Positions 50,333 through 58,731 of a DNA stretch of 64,000 bases are shown one piece after another. Under the pieces are notes generated by a model. That model had not been told where the DNA came from. It ran no database searches and worked only from the letters and a program-made list of their open reading frames with translations. The position numbers and the translations under genes were made by a program. Each line of letters opens with the position of its first letter. Positions within the stretch are counted from its first letter, which is position 1. Source of the stretch: an uncultured bacterium. GTDB lineage: Bacteria > Krumholzibacteriota > Krumholzibacteriia > G020349025. The stretch lies in the NCBI GenBank assembly GCA_964567755.1, contig CAZMNW010000020.1, positions 110,434 through 174,433 of the forward strand, given 5' to 3'.

Positions 50333-50380
50333 GGCCGAAGGATGGCCGCCGGCGAAGTCCGGGATCTCGAAACTGCGATC
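50333..50380. repeat. 48-bp imperfect copy (43/48 identical) of an internal segment of the NTPase-PEGA gene (47643-47690)
   Basis: ggccgaaggatGgccgcCggcgaagtccgggatctcGaAactgcgaTc vs ggccgaaggatTgccgcGggcgaagtccgggatctcCaGactgcgaCc; the copy lies in the convergent intergenic region 50246-50456. Confidence 0.6.
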
Positions 50381-50456
50381 CCGCGCAGGACCAGGACGCG
50401 CGGCCGGGTCAAGAGATGCCCCCGACGACCCGGACCGCACGCCTGGTGCCCCTCCA

Positions 50457-53400
50457 TCAGCGTTGGACGACGACTTTCTGCTTCCACGTGCGCGCTCCGA
50501 ACGAGGCACGGAAGAAGTAGACCCCCGCCGGAACGCGGGTGCCGCCATCGTCGTGGATGTCCCATTGCAACCGGTGTCGACCCGCCGGCTGCAGGCCGCG
50601 CACGAGCGTGCGCACACGCTGTCCACGGGCGTTGAAGATGGAAACCTCCACGAGGGCGCTGCTTTGGAGATCGAAGACGACGCTTGTCCACTGCGTCGCC
50701 GGATTGGGATGGATGCGCTCGATGGCGACAACGGCCGCGGGTTCGCCGGCCAGAGGCCCGAGTTTGGTGGCGGCGCCGGAGCGAACTTCGACCGCGACGG
50801 CGGCCCAGTCGCCGGTGCTCTCAAAGCTCCCGTCGAACACGGTTGACGGCGAAGTGGCGCTGCGGTCCGCGACCGCGAGGCCGGCGACGCCGCCGCCCGA
50901 GCCCTGGTGCAGCTCGATGCGCTCCGACCACCCGGGACCTGGTGTGTTGACGCGGCCGCGCATGGCGACACCCCCGAACACGGCGGATCCGCTCTGTGTC
51001 GCGAGCGTGAGCGAATACGCCGGGCCATCGATGCCGTTGCTGCAGCTCCCATCCACACCGTTGGTATTGCCGGAAACGATGCTGCCGATCGGCGTGGTCG
51101 CATGCGCGCCGGAGTAACGCGCCACAGCGATCAACGCGTTTTCTACCGGCGACGCCAAGGTGGCGCTCACGCTGCCGGGACCGGGTGTGCCGCGCGCCAT
51201 CCAGATCTCGATGCCGGTCTGGCCGCGGCCGGCGCACTGGGCGCGGACACGCGTCCACACGAGCCCCAATCCGGTGACGGCGGTCACGTTGCGAATCGGT
51301 TTGCTGGCAATGCTGGCGAGAAAGAGATCGCCTTGGGCGCCGCTCGGCGCTGCCGTGGTCGCCACGCTGGCGATGGCCGAGGACGCGCCGGACTGCACCT
51401 CGACGAAGGTGACACTGCCCGCGGTCGTGCCGCCGACGTTCAAAGTCACCGTCGTCTCGGCGCTCTGCAGGTTGCCGTCGCTGGCACGATACGTGAAGCT
51501 GTCCGCGCCGCTCCATCCGCTCGCGGGCATGTAGGTGAACGATCCATTGGATTGGAGCACCAGCGTGCCGTGATCGACGTCGTTCTGCAGCACGGCGCTC
51601 AAGCCCTCACCATCGGCGTCGCTGTCGTTGCCGAGAACACCGGGAGCCGCGACGGCGAGCGTCGCGCCCGCTTGCACGGAGTAACTTTCCGTGGCCGCTA
51701 CGGGCGCATCCGGCGCCGGCGTCACCGTGATCGTGACGACGGCGGTGTCGGAACCACCGTTGCCGTCGCTGGCGCGGTAGGTGAAGGCGTCGGTGCCGTG
51801 GAAGTTGGCCTGCGGCGTGTAGGTGAACGCACCGCTCGATTGCAGTGACAGCGTGCCGTGTGTGGGCTGCACCGTGACCTGTGCCATGAGCGGATGGTTT
51901 TCGGCATCGGTATCGTTGGCGAGAACGCCGGGTGCCGCGACTGCAAGAGTCACATCCTCGGCGACCGTGTAACCGTCGTCGACGGCCACGGGGGCGGTGT
52001 TGCCGGGCCCGGGTCCCGCCGGTAGCTGCAGCACGAGCTGCGGTTTGTTGGCGCTCTCCTTCGAGCCGTAGCGGCCGCTGTTGGACGACGTGCTCTGCAA
52101 CGCGAAGCTGTAGGTGCCGTCGCCGGTGATCGCAGAAGTGACGTCGAACTCGATCCACGTGCCGCTCGAGACACTGCCAATCGTGGTGAGCGCTGGCGCC
52201 GTGATCGCCGGCGCGTTGTTCGCGTGGATGCCGGTTTCGACCCAGGGTGTCGTCGTGCCCACGTAGTTATTCGAAACTGCATGCATCGTGCCGGCGATGG
52301 GGGTGCCATCGATGACGTAGAGCCGCAGCTTGGCGACATCGAATGTGCTCACCCCAGAGAGCGTGAACTTGAGATAACTCTTGTACGTGCTGCTGCCAGA
52401 CTTCACCCGCATCTCGGTGGCAGCGCCGAAGTTGCTGGTGGATCCGGAGCGGATATACGCATCCGCCACGGGGTTGAAGACCAAGGTCGCCGGTGTCCCG
52501 GCGCTGTCGTTGTCACGGATGGTGCCTTGTCCACGCGCGTCGGCGAGCGTGGCGTTGCTCGCGTTCGAAAGATCGACGAAGAAAGTTTCGTCAGGCTCGT
52601 CGCCGGTGTCCCCGAGCACCGGCACGGAGATCGTGCGCGACGTGGTGGAACCACTGAAGCTCAAAGTTCCCGACGAGGTGGTGTAGTCCGCGCCGGACTG
52701 GGCGGAACCGTTCGTGGTCGCGTACTGGACGCTCACCGTTTGGCCGTCGGGGTTGGCAAGCGTGACGGTGAAGACGGCGGTGACCGAGCCAGTGTCGCCT
52801 TCGTCGATGCTCGCATCCGAGATGGCGAGCGAGGGCGTCGTCGACCCGCCGCAAGGTGGACGGCTCACGGGCTGCGAGTTGTTGTCCCACGGGTTGCGCA
52901 CGAACTGAAACATGTTGGAGGCGTCGAGCGTGGCGGTGACCTGAACGGGGAGCTCCTGGCCGCCCTGCTCCACCTGCACACGCGTGACGTTGGTGGCCGA
53001 AAAGGGTTTGTCCAGCATCCAGCTGTGGCCATCGCCGTGGATGTAGAGGATCGGCTTGGCGAAGCTCTGTGCTGCCGCGTCGAACGGGCTGAAGAAGGTG
53101 GAGCGATTGCCGCCCGGGCCGGCTTGGGCGAAGACGACTGCGCCGCGCACTTGCGACGCCTGCTGTTGCAGGTGCTGGCTCACCCAGGCGGCGTCGTCTT
53201 GCATGATGCCGCTGTCATTCGAGCCGCCGACGAGGTTGATGCCGAGGAACAGCACACCCTTGTAGACGAACGAGAAGTTCTCCTGTCGCCCGCTCTGGCG
53301 CGACGTGGATGGCGAGCAGGTCCAGTTCGATTCCAGCCCCAGTAGGTACTGCACCCAGTATTGCCAGCCCTGGGAAGGACTCGAGCAGTCCGTGGTTTCG

Positions 53401-53808
53401 TTGTCCCCCGGGACGATGTAGGCGGGCACCAGCGAAGATTTCAGGATGTCACGCACGGTCCGGTAACGGTCCTCGGCGCAGCTCTCGCTGCCCGATTTGA
53501 TGTCGCCGACGTGGATGAAGAACTCCGAGGGACTGTACAGGTCGTGCTCGTCGATCTGTTGTTGGAAAGGCGCGACCTCGCTGCTGCCGTAGGGCACGTC
53601 GCCGGTGACCGAGAACGTCACCGGGCTGTTGGCGATTTGGTCGGGAGTGTTGGCATCCGCGGAGCTGCTGCTCCACGTGATTTGTGGCGCGAGCAAGCTC
53701 GCAATGGTCAGGGCGAAGATGAATGGACGAACGCAGGCTGGCTGCGGACAGCGAGAGCGTGCGCTCGAGCCATAAGTCGGAGGCACTCGGTGGTTCATGG
53801 CTGAGCTG
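50457..53808 (-). CDS. secreted multidomain protein: calcineurin-like metallophosphoesterase + Calx-beta + two cadherin-like/bacterial Ig-like domains + FlgD-Ig-like C-terminal domain
   Basis: Start uncertain (ATG 53808 or upstream to 53945); phosphoesterase motifs HVGDIKSG, VPGDNETTDC, IHGDGHSW; Calx-beta segment (SDASIDEGDTGSVTAVFTVTL...YATTNGSAQSGADYT); PVAVDDGYTVAEDVTLAVAAPGVLANDTDAENHPL repeats; C-terminus ERIHPNPATQWTSVVFDLQSSALVEVSIFNARGQRVRTLV...GVYFFRASF. Confidence 0.8.
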
Positions 53809-53945
53809 AAGCTCACCCGGCGATTAACGGGGCGCGCGATCGCGGGTCTATGTCCTGGCTTCGACCCTCCTTCCGGGGCGTTAAGGGTGCAGAAGCAGGT
53901 CCCCTTGCGGGACCTGTAAATGAGAACGAGATCATCGTGCATCAA

Positions 53946-54085
53946 TAGGTTTAGAGTGTTTCTTCAGAACTTACAAGTGAATTGTGATGTAAATAGTTCA
54001 AACTGTGTAGTTTCTATCAATTACTGTTCGTATATTCACTGTTCAAATGTTCACAAAATCGTCAAGGAGAGGCCATGCCACGCAA
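53946..54085. promoter_or_regulatory. AT-rich island in a GC-rich background with TTCAC direct repeats; divergent promoter region
   Basis: About 140 bp of clearly lower GC (aatagttcaaactgtgtagtttctatcaattactgttcgtatattcactgttcaaatgttcacaaaa) between the 5-prime end of the minus-strand phosphoesterase gene and the plus-strand genes; repeats TTCAC-N2-TTCAA-N3-TTCAC at 54055-54074. Confidence 0.35.
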
Positions 54086-54213
54086 AATCTGCGCAGTCTG
54101 TCCGTCGTCCGACGCTCCGCTGGCCGCTCGGCGCGACCCGGCGCGGCGGCCGCAGGCCACGGGCGCGCGCTGGATGCGCGGCCGATGTCTCCGGCCAACT
54201 GTTGACGAAAAAT

Positions 54214-54229
54214 GTGAAAATGCTTTCAC
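54214..54229 (+). promoter_or_regulatory. perfect palindrome GTGAAA-atgc-TTTCAC preceded by a TTGACG -35-like hexamer (54202-54207)
   Basis: Inverted repeat with 6-bp arms about 60 bp upstream of the DUF2461 gene start; resembles a dimeric regulator operator. Confidence 0.3.
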
Positions 54230-54291
54230 TTGTGCGCCGGGCGGTATCGGCTGCGCGACGGACGGCAAGTGACCAGGGTGGGGAGAGCGGG

Positions 54292-54981
54292 ATGGCAAAG
54301 CAAGCTCATTTCATCCCGGCATTGTTCGCTTTTCTGCGCGACCTGGAAGCGCACAACGAGCGCGCGTGGTTCGATGCCAACAAAGACCGCTATCTACGCG
54401 ATGTTCGCACGCCGCTGCAAGCGTTCGTCAGCGATTTTGGACCACGTTTGGCGCGAATCAGCTCGCGTTTCGTGGCCGACCCACGTCCCACGGGTGGGTC
54501 GATCTTTCGTATCCACCGCGACACGCGTTTTTCCAAGGACAAGTCTCCCTACAAGACGATGGCGGCGGCACAATTTCGCCACGAGCAGGGCAAGACCGTG
54601 CATGCCCCTGGTTTCTACTTACATCTCGAGCCGGGGCAGGTGTTCGCGGGCGCCGGGCTCTGGCACCCCGAGCGCGACAGCCTCGACAAGGTGCGTCGCG
54701 TGCTCGTCGCCCATCCAGAGCGTTGGAAGCGTATGGTGCGTGCCCCCGCGTTCCGGCGAGTGCTGACCTTGGCTGGGGACTCGTTGGCGCGCGCGCCACG
54801 GGGCTTTCCCGCCGATCACGAGCTCGCTCGTGACCTCAAGCGCACCGACTTCGTCGTCGTAGCGCAATTCTCCGAGCGCGATGCCTGTGCGTTGGGCTTC
54901 ATGAACGAGTTCGCGAAGGTGTGCCGCACGAGCGCGCCCTTCATGGAGCTACTGACGCGGGCCCTCGGCCTACGCTGGTAA
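54292..54981 (+). CDS. DUF2461 / TIGR02453-family conserved hypothetical protein
   Basis: MAKQAHFIPALFAFLRDLEAHNERAWFDANKDRYLRDVRTPLQAF...FRIHRDTRFSKDKSPYKT matches the conserved N-terminal motifs of this family as I recall them. Confidence 0.65.
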   Translation: MAKQAHFIPALFAFLRDLEAHNERAWFDANKDRYLRDVRTPLQAFVSDFGPRLARISSRFVADPRPTGGSIFRIHRDTRFSKDKSPYKTMAAAQFRHEQGKTVHAPGFYLHLEPGQVFAGAGLWHPERDSLDKVRRVLVAHPERWKRMVRAPAFRRVLTLAGDSLARAPRGFPADHELARDLKRTDFVVVAQFSERDACALGFMNEFAKVCRTSAPFMELLTRALGLRW

Positions 54982-55158
54982 GCGCTCTCATCCGACTGCG
55001 AGCACTCCTCACTGTATCCATTTTCAGCGGCCCCGGCGCGACTGGTTCCTTTGGAAACACAAACGGCCGGACCGCTGGAGCCGATCCGGAGCACGGCTCT
55101 AACTAATTATTGAATAGATACTTACACTATCCAAAGGAAAGGGGAAACTTCCCCAACC

Positions 55159-55174
55159 CGGCACGTTCCTGGCA
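55159..55174 (+). promoter_or_regulatory. sigma-54 (-24/-12)-like promoter motif CGGCACGTTCCTGGCA, preceded by palindrome GGGGAAACTTCCCC (55141-55154) and an AT-rich tract
   Basis: GG and GC at canonical spacing, about 30 bp upstream of the ImcH-like cytochrome start codon; GAGGAAGGGAG RBS follows. Confidence 0.35.
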
Positions 55175-55204
55175 GATCAGCCTGATCGAGGAAGGGAGAC
55201 CACA

Positions 55205-56623
55205 ATGCTGCGAGGTCTGGTCAACTTCATCGGGCGCGCCAGCGGAGATGCCCTCGGTCTGATCGCAATCACCCTCTTGGGTGTGACTGGGGTGACCTTC
55301 CTGGGGCTCATGGCTGTTCAGCTCACGAGCCGGGAGCTGTCGCCGTACCTCGGAATCGTCATGTATCTCGTGCTCCCGGCCGCATTCGCCACCGGGCTCG
55401 GGCTCCTCGGGCTGTCGCGCTGGCGCGTGCGGCGAGCGCAGAGGAGCGGCCGGCCGGTCCCGTGGCAGCTCGACCTGACGAACCCGGCGCATCGCGAGCG
55501 TCTCGGTGTCTTCGCCTTCGTCGCGCTGGCCAGCATCATCATCTTGGCGCTCAGCGCCTACCACGGCGTGCATTACATGGACTCGACCAGTTTTTGCGGC
55601 GAAGTGTGTCATGTGGTGATGGAACCCGAGTTCGCGGCGTATCAGAACTCGCCGCATGCACGCGTCAACTGCACGGACTGCCACATTGGGCCGGGCGCCA
55701 GCTGGTTCGTGAAGTCGAAGCTTTCCGGCTCGCGGCAACTCCTGGCGGTGGCGCTCAAGACCTACCCGCGTCCCGTGCCGGCTCCGATCGAGAATCTACG
55801 TCCGGCACGCGAAACGTGCGAGCAGTGCCACTGGCCCGCGAAGTTCCACGGCGATCGCATGAAGGTCCACCTGCGTTTCCAAGAAGACGAAGCCAATACG
55901 GCGCTCAAGACGGTTCTCCTGCTCAAGGTCGGTGGCGGCAGTCTCGAGTCGGGGTTTGCGGAAGGCATCCACTGGCACATGAACCTCGCCAATCGCATCG
56001 ACTACCGCGCCGACGAGAACCGCGAGAAGATCTACTGGATCAGGGTCGAGGACCGGGATGGCCACGTGCGCGAGTACTGGAAGGAGGATGGCCTCGAACG
56101 GCAGGCGATTCTGGCGCTGCCGGCGCGCCGGATGGATTGCATGGATTGCCACAACCGTCCCACGCACGAGTTCGACCGGCCGAGCGAAGCGCTGGACGAG
56201 GCGCTGCAGACCCGACAGATCGCTCCCGATCTGCCGTTCCTCAAGCGCGAGGGGCTCCGATTGTTGCAGTCACCGCACGCGACCAAGGCGGAGGGCGTGC
56301 AGAGCTTTGCGCCAGGGCTCGTCGACTATTACGCGCGCGAGTATCCAGAGCTCGCAGCGGCACGACGAATCGACATCGAGGCTGCCGCCGCCGTGCTGCA
56401 GTCGATCTACGCGCGCAACATCTTCCCGGCGATGAACGTGACCTGGGGTACGTACCCGAATCACATCGGACACCAGGACGACGGCGGCTGTTTCCGCTGC
56501 CATGACGAAGGACATACGACCGATGACGGGCAGACGATCAGCCAAGATTGCTCGACCTGTCACGTGCTCCTGGCTCACGAGGAGGCGGATCCAGAGGTGC
56601 TGCGGGTCCTGCGTGGCGAATAG
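55205..56623 (+). CDS. inner-membrane multiheme c-type cytochrome, NapC/NirT-superfamily, ImcH-like
   Basis: Three N-terminal TM helices, then CGEVCH...CTDCHIG (NapC/NirT-like spacing) plus CEQCH, CMDCH, CFRCH, CSTCH (six CxxCH). Confidence 0.8.
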   Translation: MLRGLVNFIGRASGDALGLIAITLLGVTGVTFLGLMAVQLTSRELSPYLGIVMYLVLPAAFATGLGLLGLSRWRVRRAQRSGRPVPWQLDLTNPAHRERLGVFAFVALASIIILALSAYHGVHYMDSTSFCGEVCHVVMEPEFAAYQNSPHARVNCTDCHIGPGASWFVKSKLSGSRQLLAVALKTYPRPVPAPIENLRPARETCEQCHWPAKFHGDRMKVHLRFQEDEANTALKTVLLLKVGGGSLESGFAEGIHWHMNLANRIDYRADENREKIYWIRVEDRDGHVREYWKEDGLERQAILALPARRMDCMDCHNRPTHEFDRPSEALDEALQTRQIAPDLPFLKREGLRLLQSPHATKAEGVQSFAPGLVDYYAREYPELAAARRIDIEAAAAVLQSIYARNIFPAMNVTWGTYPNHIGHQDDGGCFRCHDEGHTTDDGQTISQDCSTCHVLLAHEEADPEVLRVLRGE

Positions 56624-56700
56624 GGTCTGAACACTCGTGCTGTGCGAGCCTGTCGCATGACCGAGTTGTCAGCCGGAATCGCGAGGAAGGAGATCAGCGA

Positions 56701-58731
56701 ATGCGAGCCTGCCTCGTCACCCTGATCTCGATGTTGTGCATGGGCGTGCTGACCGCGAGCGGTTCACTGCGGGCGCAGGAGGCGCCTGTGACCAACGCTT
56801 GTCTCGAGTGTCATGGTACGGACGGCGTGCGCGATGCGACGCAGCCGCTCGACGGGATGAGCGTATTCCGGGGAGACTGGGAAGCCAGCGTCCATGCTGG
56901 GTTGGAATGCACGGATTGCCACACCAGTCTGCAAGCGCTGCCGCATGATGTGCCGTTGCCGCGCGCCGAGTGCTCTGCCTGCCATCCGGATGAAACACGA
57001 GCTTACGCGCAAAGCACGCACGGGCGGCTCTGGGCCGCGGGTGACAGCCTGGCGCCTTCCTGTGCCCAGTGTCACGACCCGCACGCGGTGCGCCCCTCCG
57101 ACGATCCTACGAGCGTCTTGCATCGCACCCATTTGGCCGCTGTTTGCATCGTCTGCCATGGAGATGCCAACGGGGTGGGTGCGCGTCCGACCGCCGTACC
57201 CCGACCGGCCCAAACGTACGCTCGCGGCGCGCATGCGCAAGCGATGGCTGCGGGCAACCAAAAGGCAGCGACATGCAAGGATTGTCACGATAGCCATGCG
57301 GTTCTCGGCGCCAGCGATCCGGCATCGCCGATCTACTACAGCAATGTTCCGCACACCTGCGGGCGTTGCCACGTGCAGGAATTCGAGGCTTACCACACCA
57401 GCGTGCACAGCGCCGGTGCCGAACAGGGAGCGACGGGATCACCCGTGTGCAACACCTGCCATGGCGAGCATGCGGTGGTGGATTTGGGCGAGGCCGGGCA
57501 GTCCGCCGTCGTCGCCAGCGAGACCTGCGAGAGCTGCCACCAAAGCCCGGCCTTGGCACGGCGCTACGATTTGCCGGCGGGAGCGGTGGCTTCGTACGAG
57601 GACAGCTACCATGGACGCGCGGCGCGCGGGGGGCTGGCGCGGGCTGCGGGTTGCACCAGCTGCCATGGAGTGCACCGAATCCTGGCGGCCGCGGATTCCG
57701 CCTCGTCCATTCATCCGGCAAACCTGACGGTCACGTGCCGCCGCTGCCACGAACAGGCGAGCGCGGAATTCGCCACTTCCTACGCCCATGCGCCGCGCGC
57801 CGCGTCGGCGGCCGACCGCGGCACGGCGACCGTACGCAACATCTATGGATGGCTCATCGGGATCGTCATTGGCGGAATGTTGCTGCACAATCTGGTGCTC
57901 TTCGCACACGACATGCGCCGGCGCTGGGCGCATCATCGCGCGCACGCGACGCACGTGCGGCTCGTAGGCAGCGAGCTGCGGCAACACGCGGTGCTCCTCG
58001 TCACCTTTTCGGTCTTGGTGTTCACCGGTTTCGCCTTGAAGTACGACCACACCTTCTGGGCCCGCTGGCTCGAGGCGATCGGCATGACCGAGGAGGTGCG
58101 GCGAATCGTGCACCGAGTCGCCGCGGTCGGCATGATCTTGGTGTCGATCGCGCACATGGTCTACCTGTTCGGCCGGCGCGGGCGCGAACAGCTCGGTCAC
58201 ATGACCCCGCGGATGCTCGACTTGCACGAGCTGGGGCAAAACCTGTCGTACCACTTGGGGCGGCGGTCGATGCCGCCTGCATTCTCCCGCTTCCGTTACA
58301 TCGAGAAGGCAGAGTACTGGGCACTGCTGTGGGGCACGATGGTCATGGTGGCGACGGGTCTCGTGCTCTGGTTTCCCGACCAGCTGCGGGGACCGAGTTG
58401 GCTGGTGCGCGTGGCCGAGGCGGTGCATCTCTACGAAGCCTGGCTCGCTTTCCTCGCCATCGTCGTCTGGCACTTCTTCTTCGTCATGCTGCGGCCGGGA
58501 ACCTTCCCGCTCTCCTTCACCGTCTTCACGGGCCGCATGGAACCGGAGGAGCTCGAGCACGAGCACCCCCAAGAGTTCCACGCGCTGGCACCGCGTCGCC
58601 TGCACCGGCCACCACCCGGGACACCGGAGCCGCCCGCATCGGCAGGCTCGGGCGCACCGATCGAGCCGGCCGGTGGCGACGAGACACCGCCGCTTCCGGG
58701 GGCGGACCACGAGCCGGGACCGCGATCGTGA
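56701..58731 (+). CDS. CbcL-like fusion: periplasmic multiheme cytochrome c (11 CxxCH) + C-terminal diheme cytochrome b-type membrane domain
   Basis: Signal MRACLVTLISMLCMGVLTASGSLRA; 11 CxxCH motifs; C-terminal 4-5 TM helices with conserved His (LHNLVLFAHDMRRRWAHH..., VAEAVHLYEAWLAFLAIVVWHFFF) as in HydC/FdnI-type b cytochromes. Confidence 0.85.
   Translation: MRACLVTLISMLCMGVLTASGSLRAQEAPVTNACLECHGTDGVRDATQPLDGMSVFRGDWEASVHAGLECTDCHTSLQALPHDVPLPRAECSACHPDETRAYAQSTHGRLWAAGDSLAPSCAQCHDPHAVRPSDDPTSVLHRTHLAAVCIVCHGDANGVGARPTAVPRPAQTYARGAHAQAMAAGNQKAATCKDCHDSHAVLGASDPASPIYYSNVPHTCGRCHVQEFEAYHTSVHSAGAEQGATGSPVCNTCHGEHAVVDLGEAGQSAVVASETCESCHQSPALARRYDLPAGAVASYEDSYHGRAARGGLARAAGCTSCHGVHRILAAADSASSIHPANLTVTCRRCHEQASAEFATSYAHAPRAASAADRGTATVRNIYGWLIGIVIGGMLLHNLVLFAHDMRRRWAHHRAHATHVRLVGSELRQHAVLLVTFSVLVFTGFALKYDHTFWARWLEAIGMTEEVRRIVHRVAAVGMILVSIAHMVYLFGRRGREQLGHMTPRMLDLHELGQNLSYHLGRRSMPPAFSRFRYIEKAEYWALLWGTMVMVATGLVLWFPDQLRGPSWLVRVAEAVHLYEAWLAFLAIVVWHFFFVMLRPGTFPLSFTVFTGRMEPEELEHEHPQEFHALAPRRLHRPPPGTPEPPASAGSGAPIEPAGGDETPPLPGADHEPGPRS

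Noticed and set aside
49019-51103. 694-aa minus-strand ORF spanning the M4 peptidase gene end and the intergenic region
   Set aside because: Low-complexity Arg/Ala/Ser-rich; its only meaningful segment is the 16-codon NTPase-like fragment, reported as a repeat.
11910-53808. The FlgD-like C-terminal domain as proof of a type IX secretion system, hence a Bacteroidota origin
   Set aside because: The WDGRD...GVYF.RL form resembles FlgD-Ig-like domains of several high-GC uncultivated lineages; no T9SS machinery genes are in the window, so no firm taxonomic or mechanistic call is made.
54075-54272. 65-codon Cys-containing ORF with strong RBS upstream of the DUF2461 gene
   Set aside because: Not rejected outright, but too short and unsupported to call as a CDS; it overlaps the putative operator palindrome and may simply be 5-prime UTR. 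Kept as part of the AT-rich island finding.
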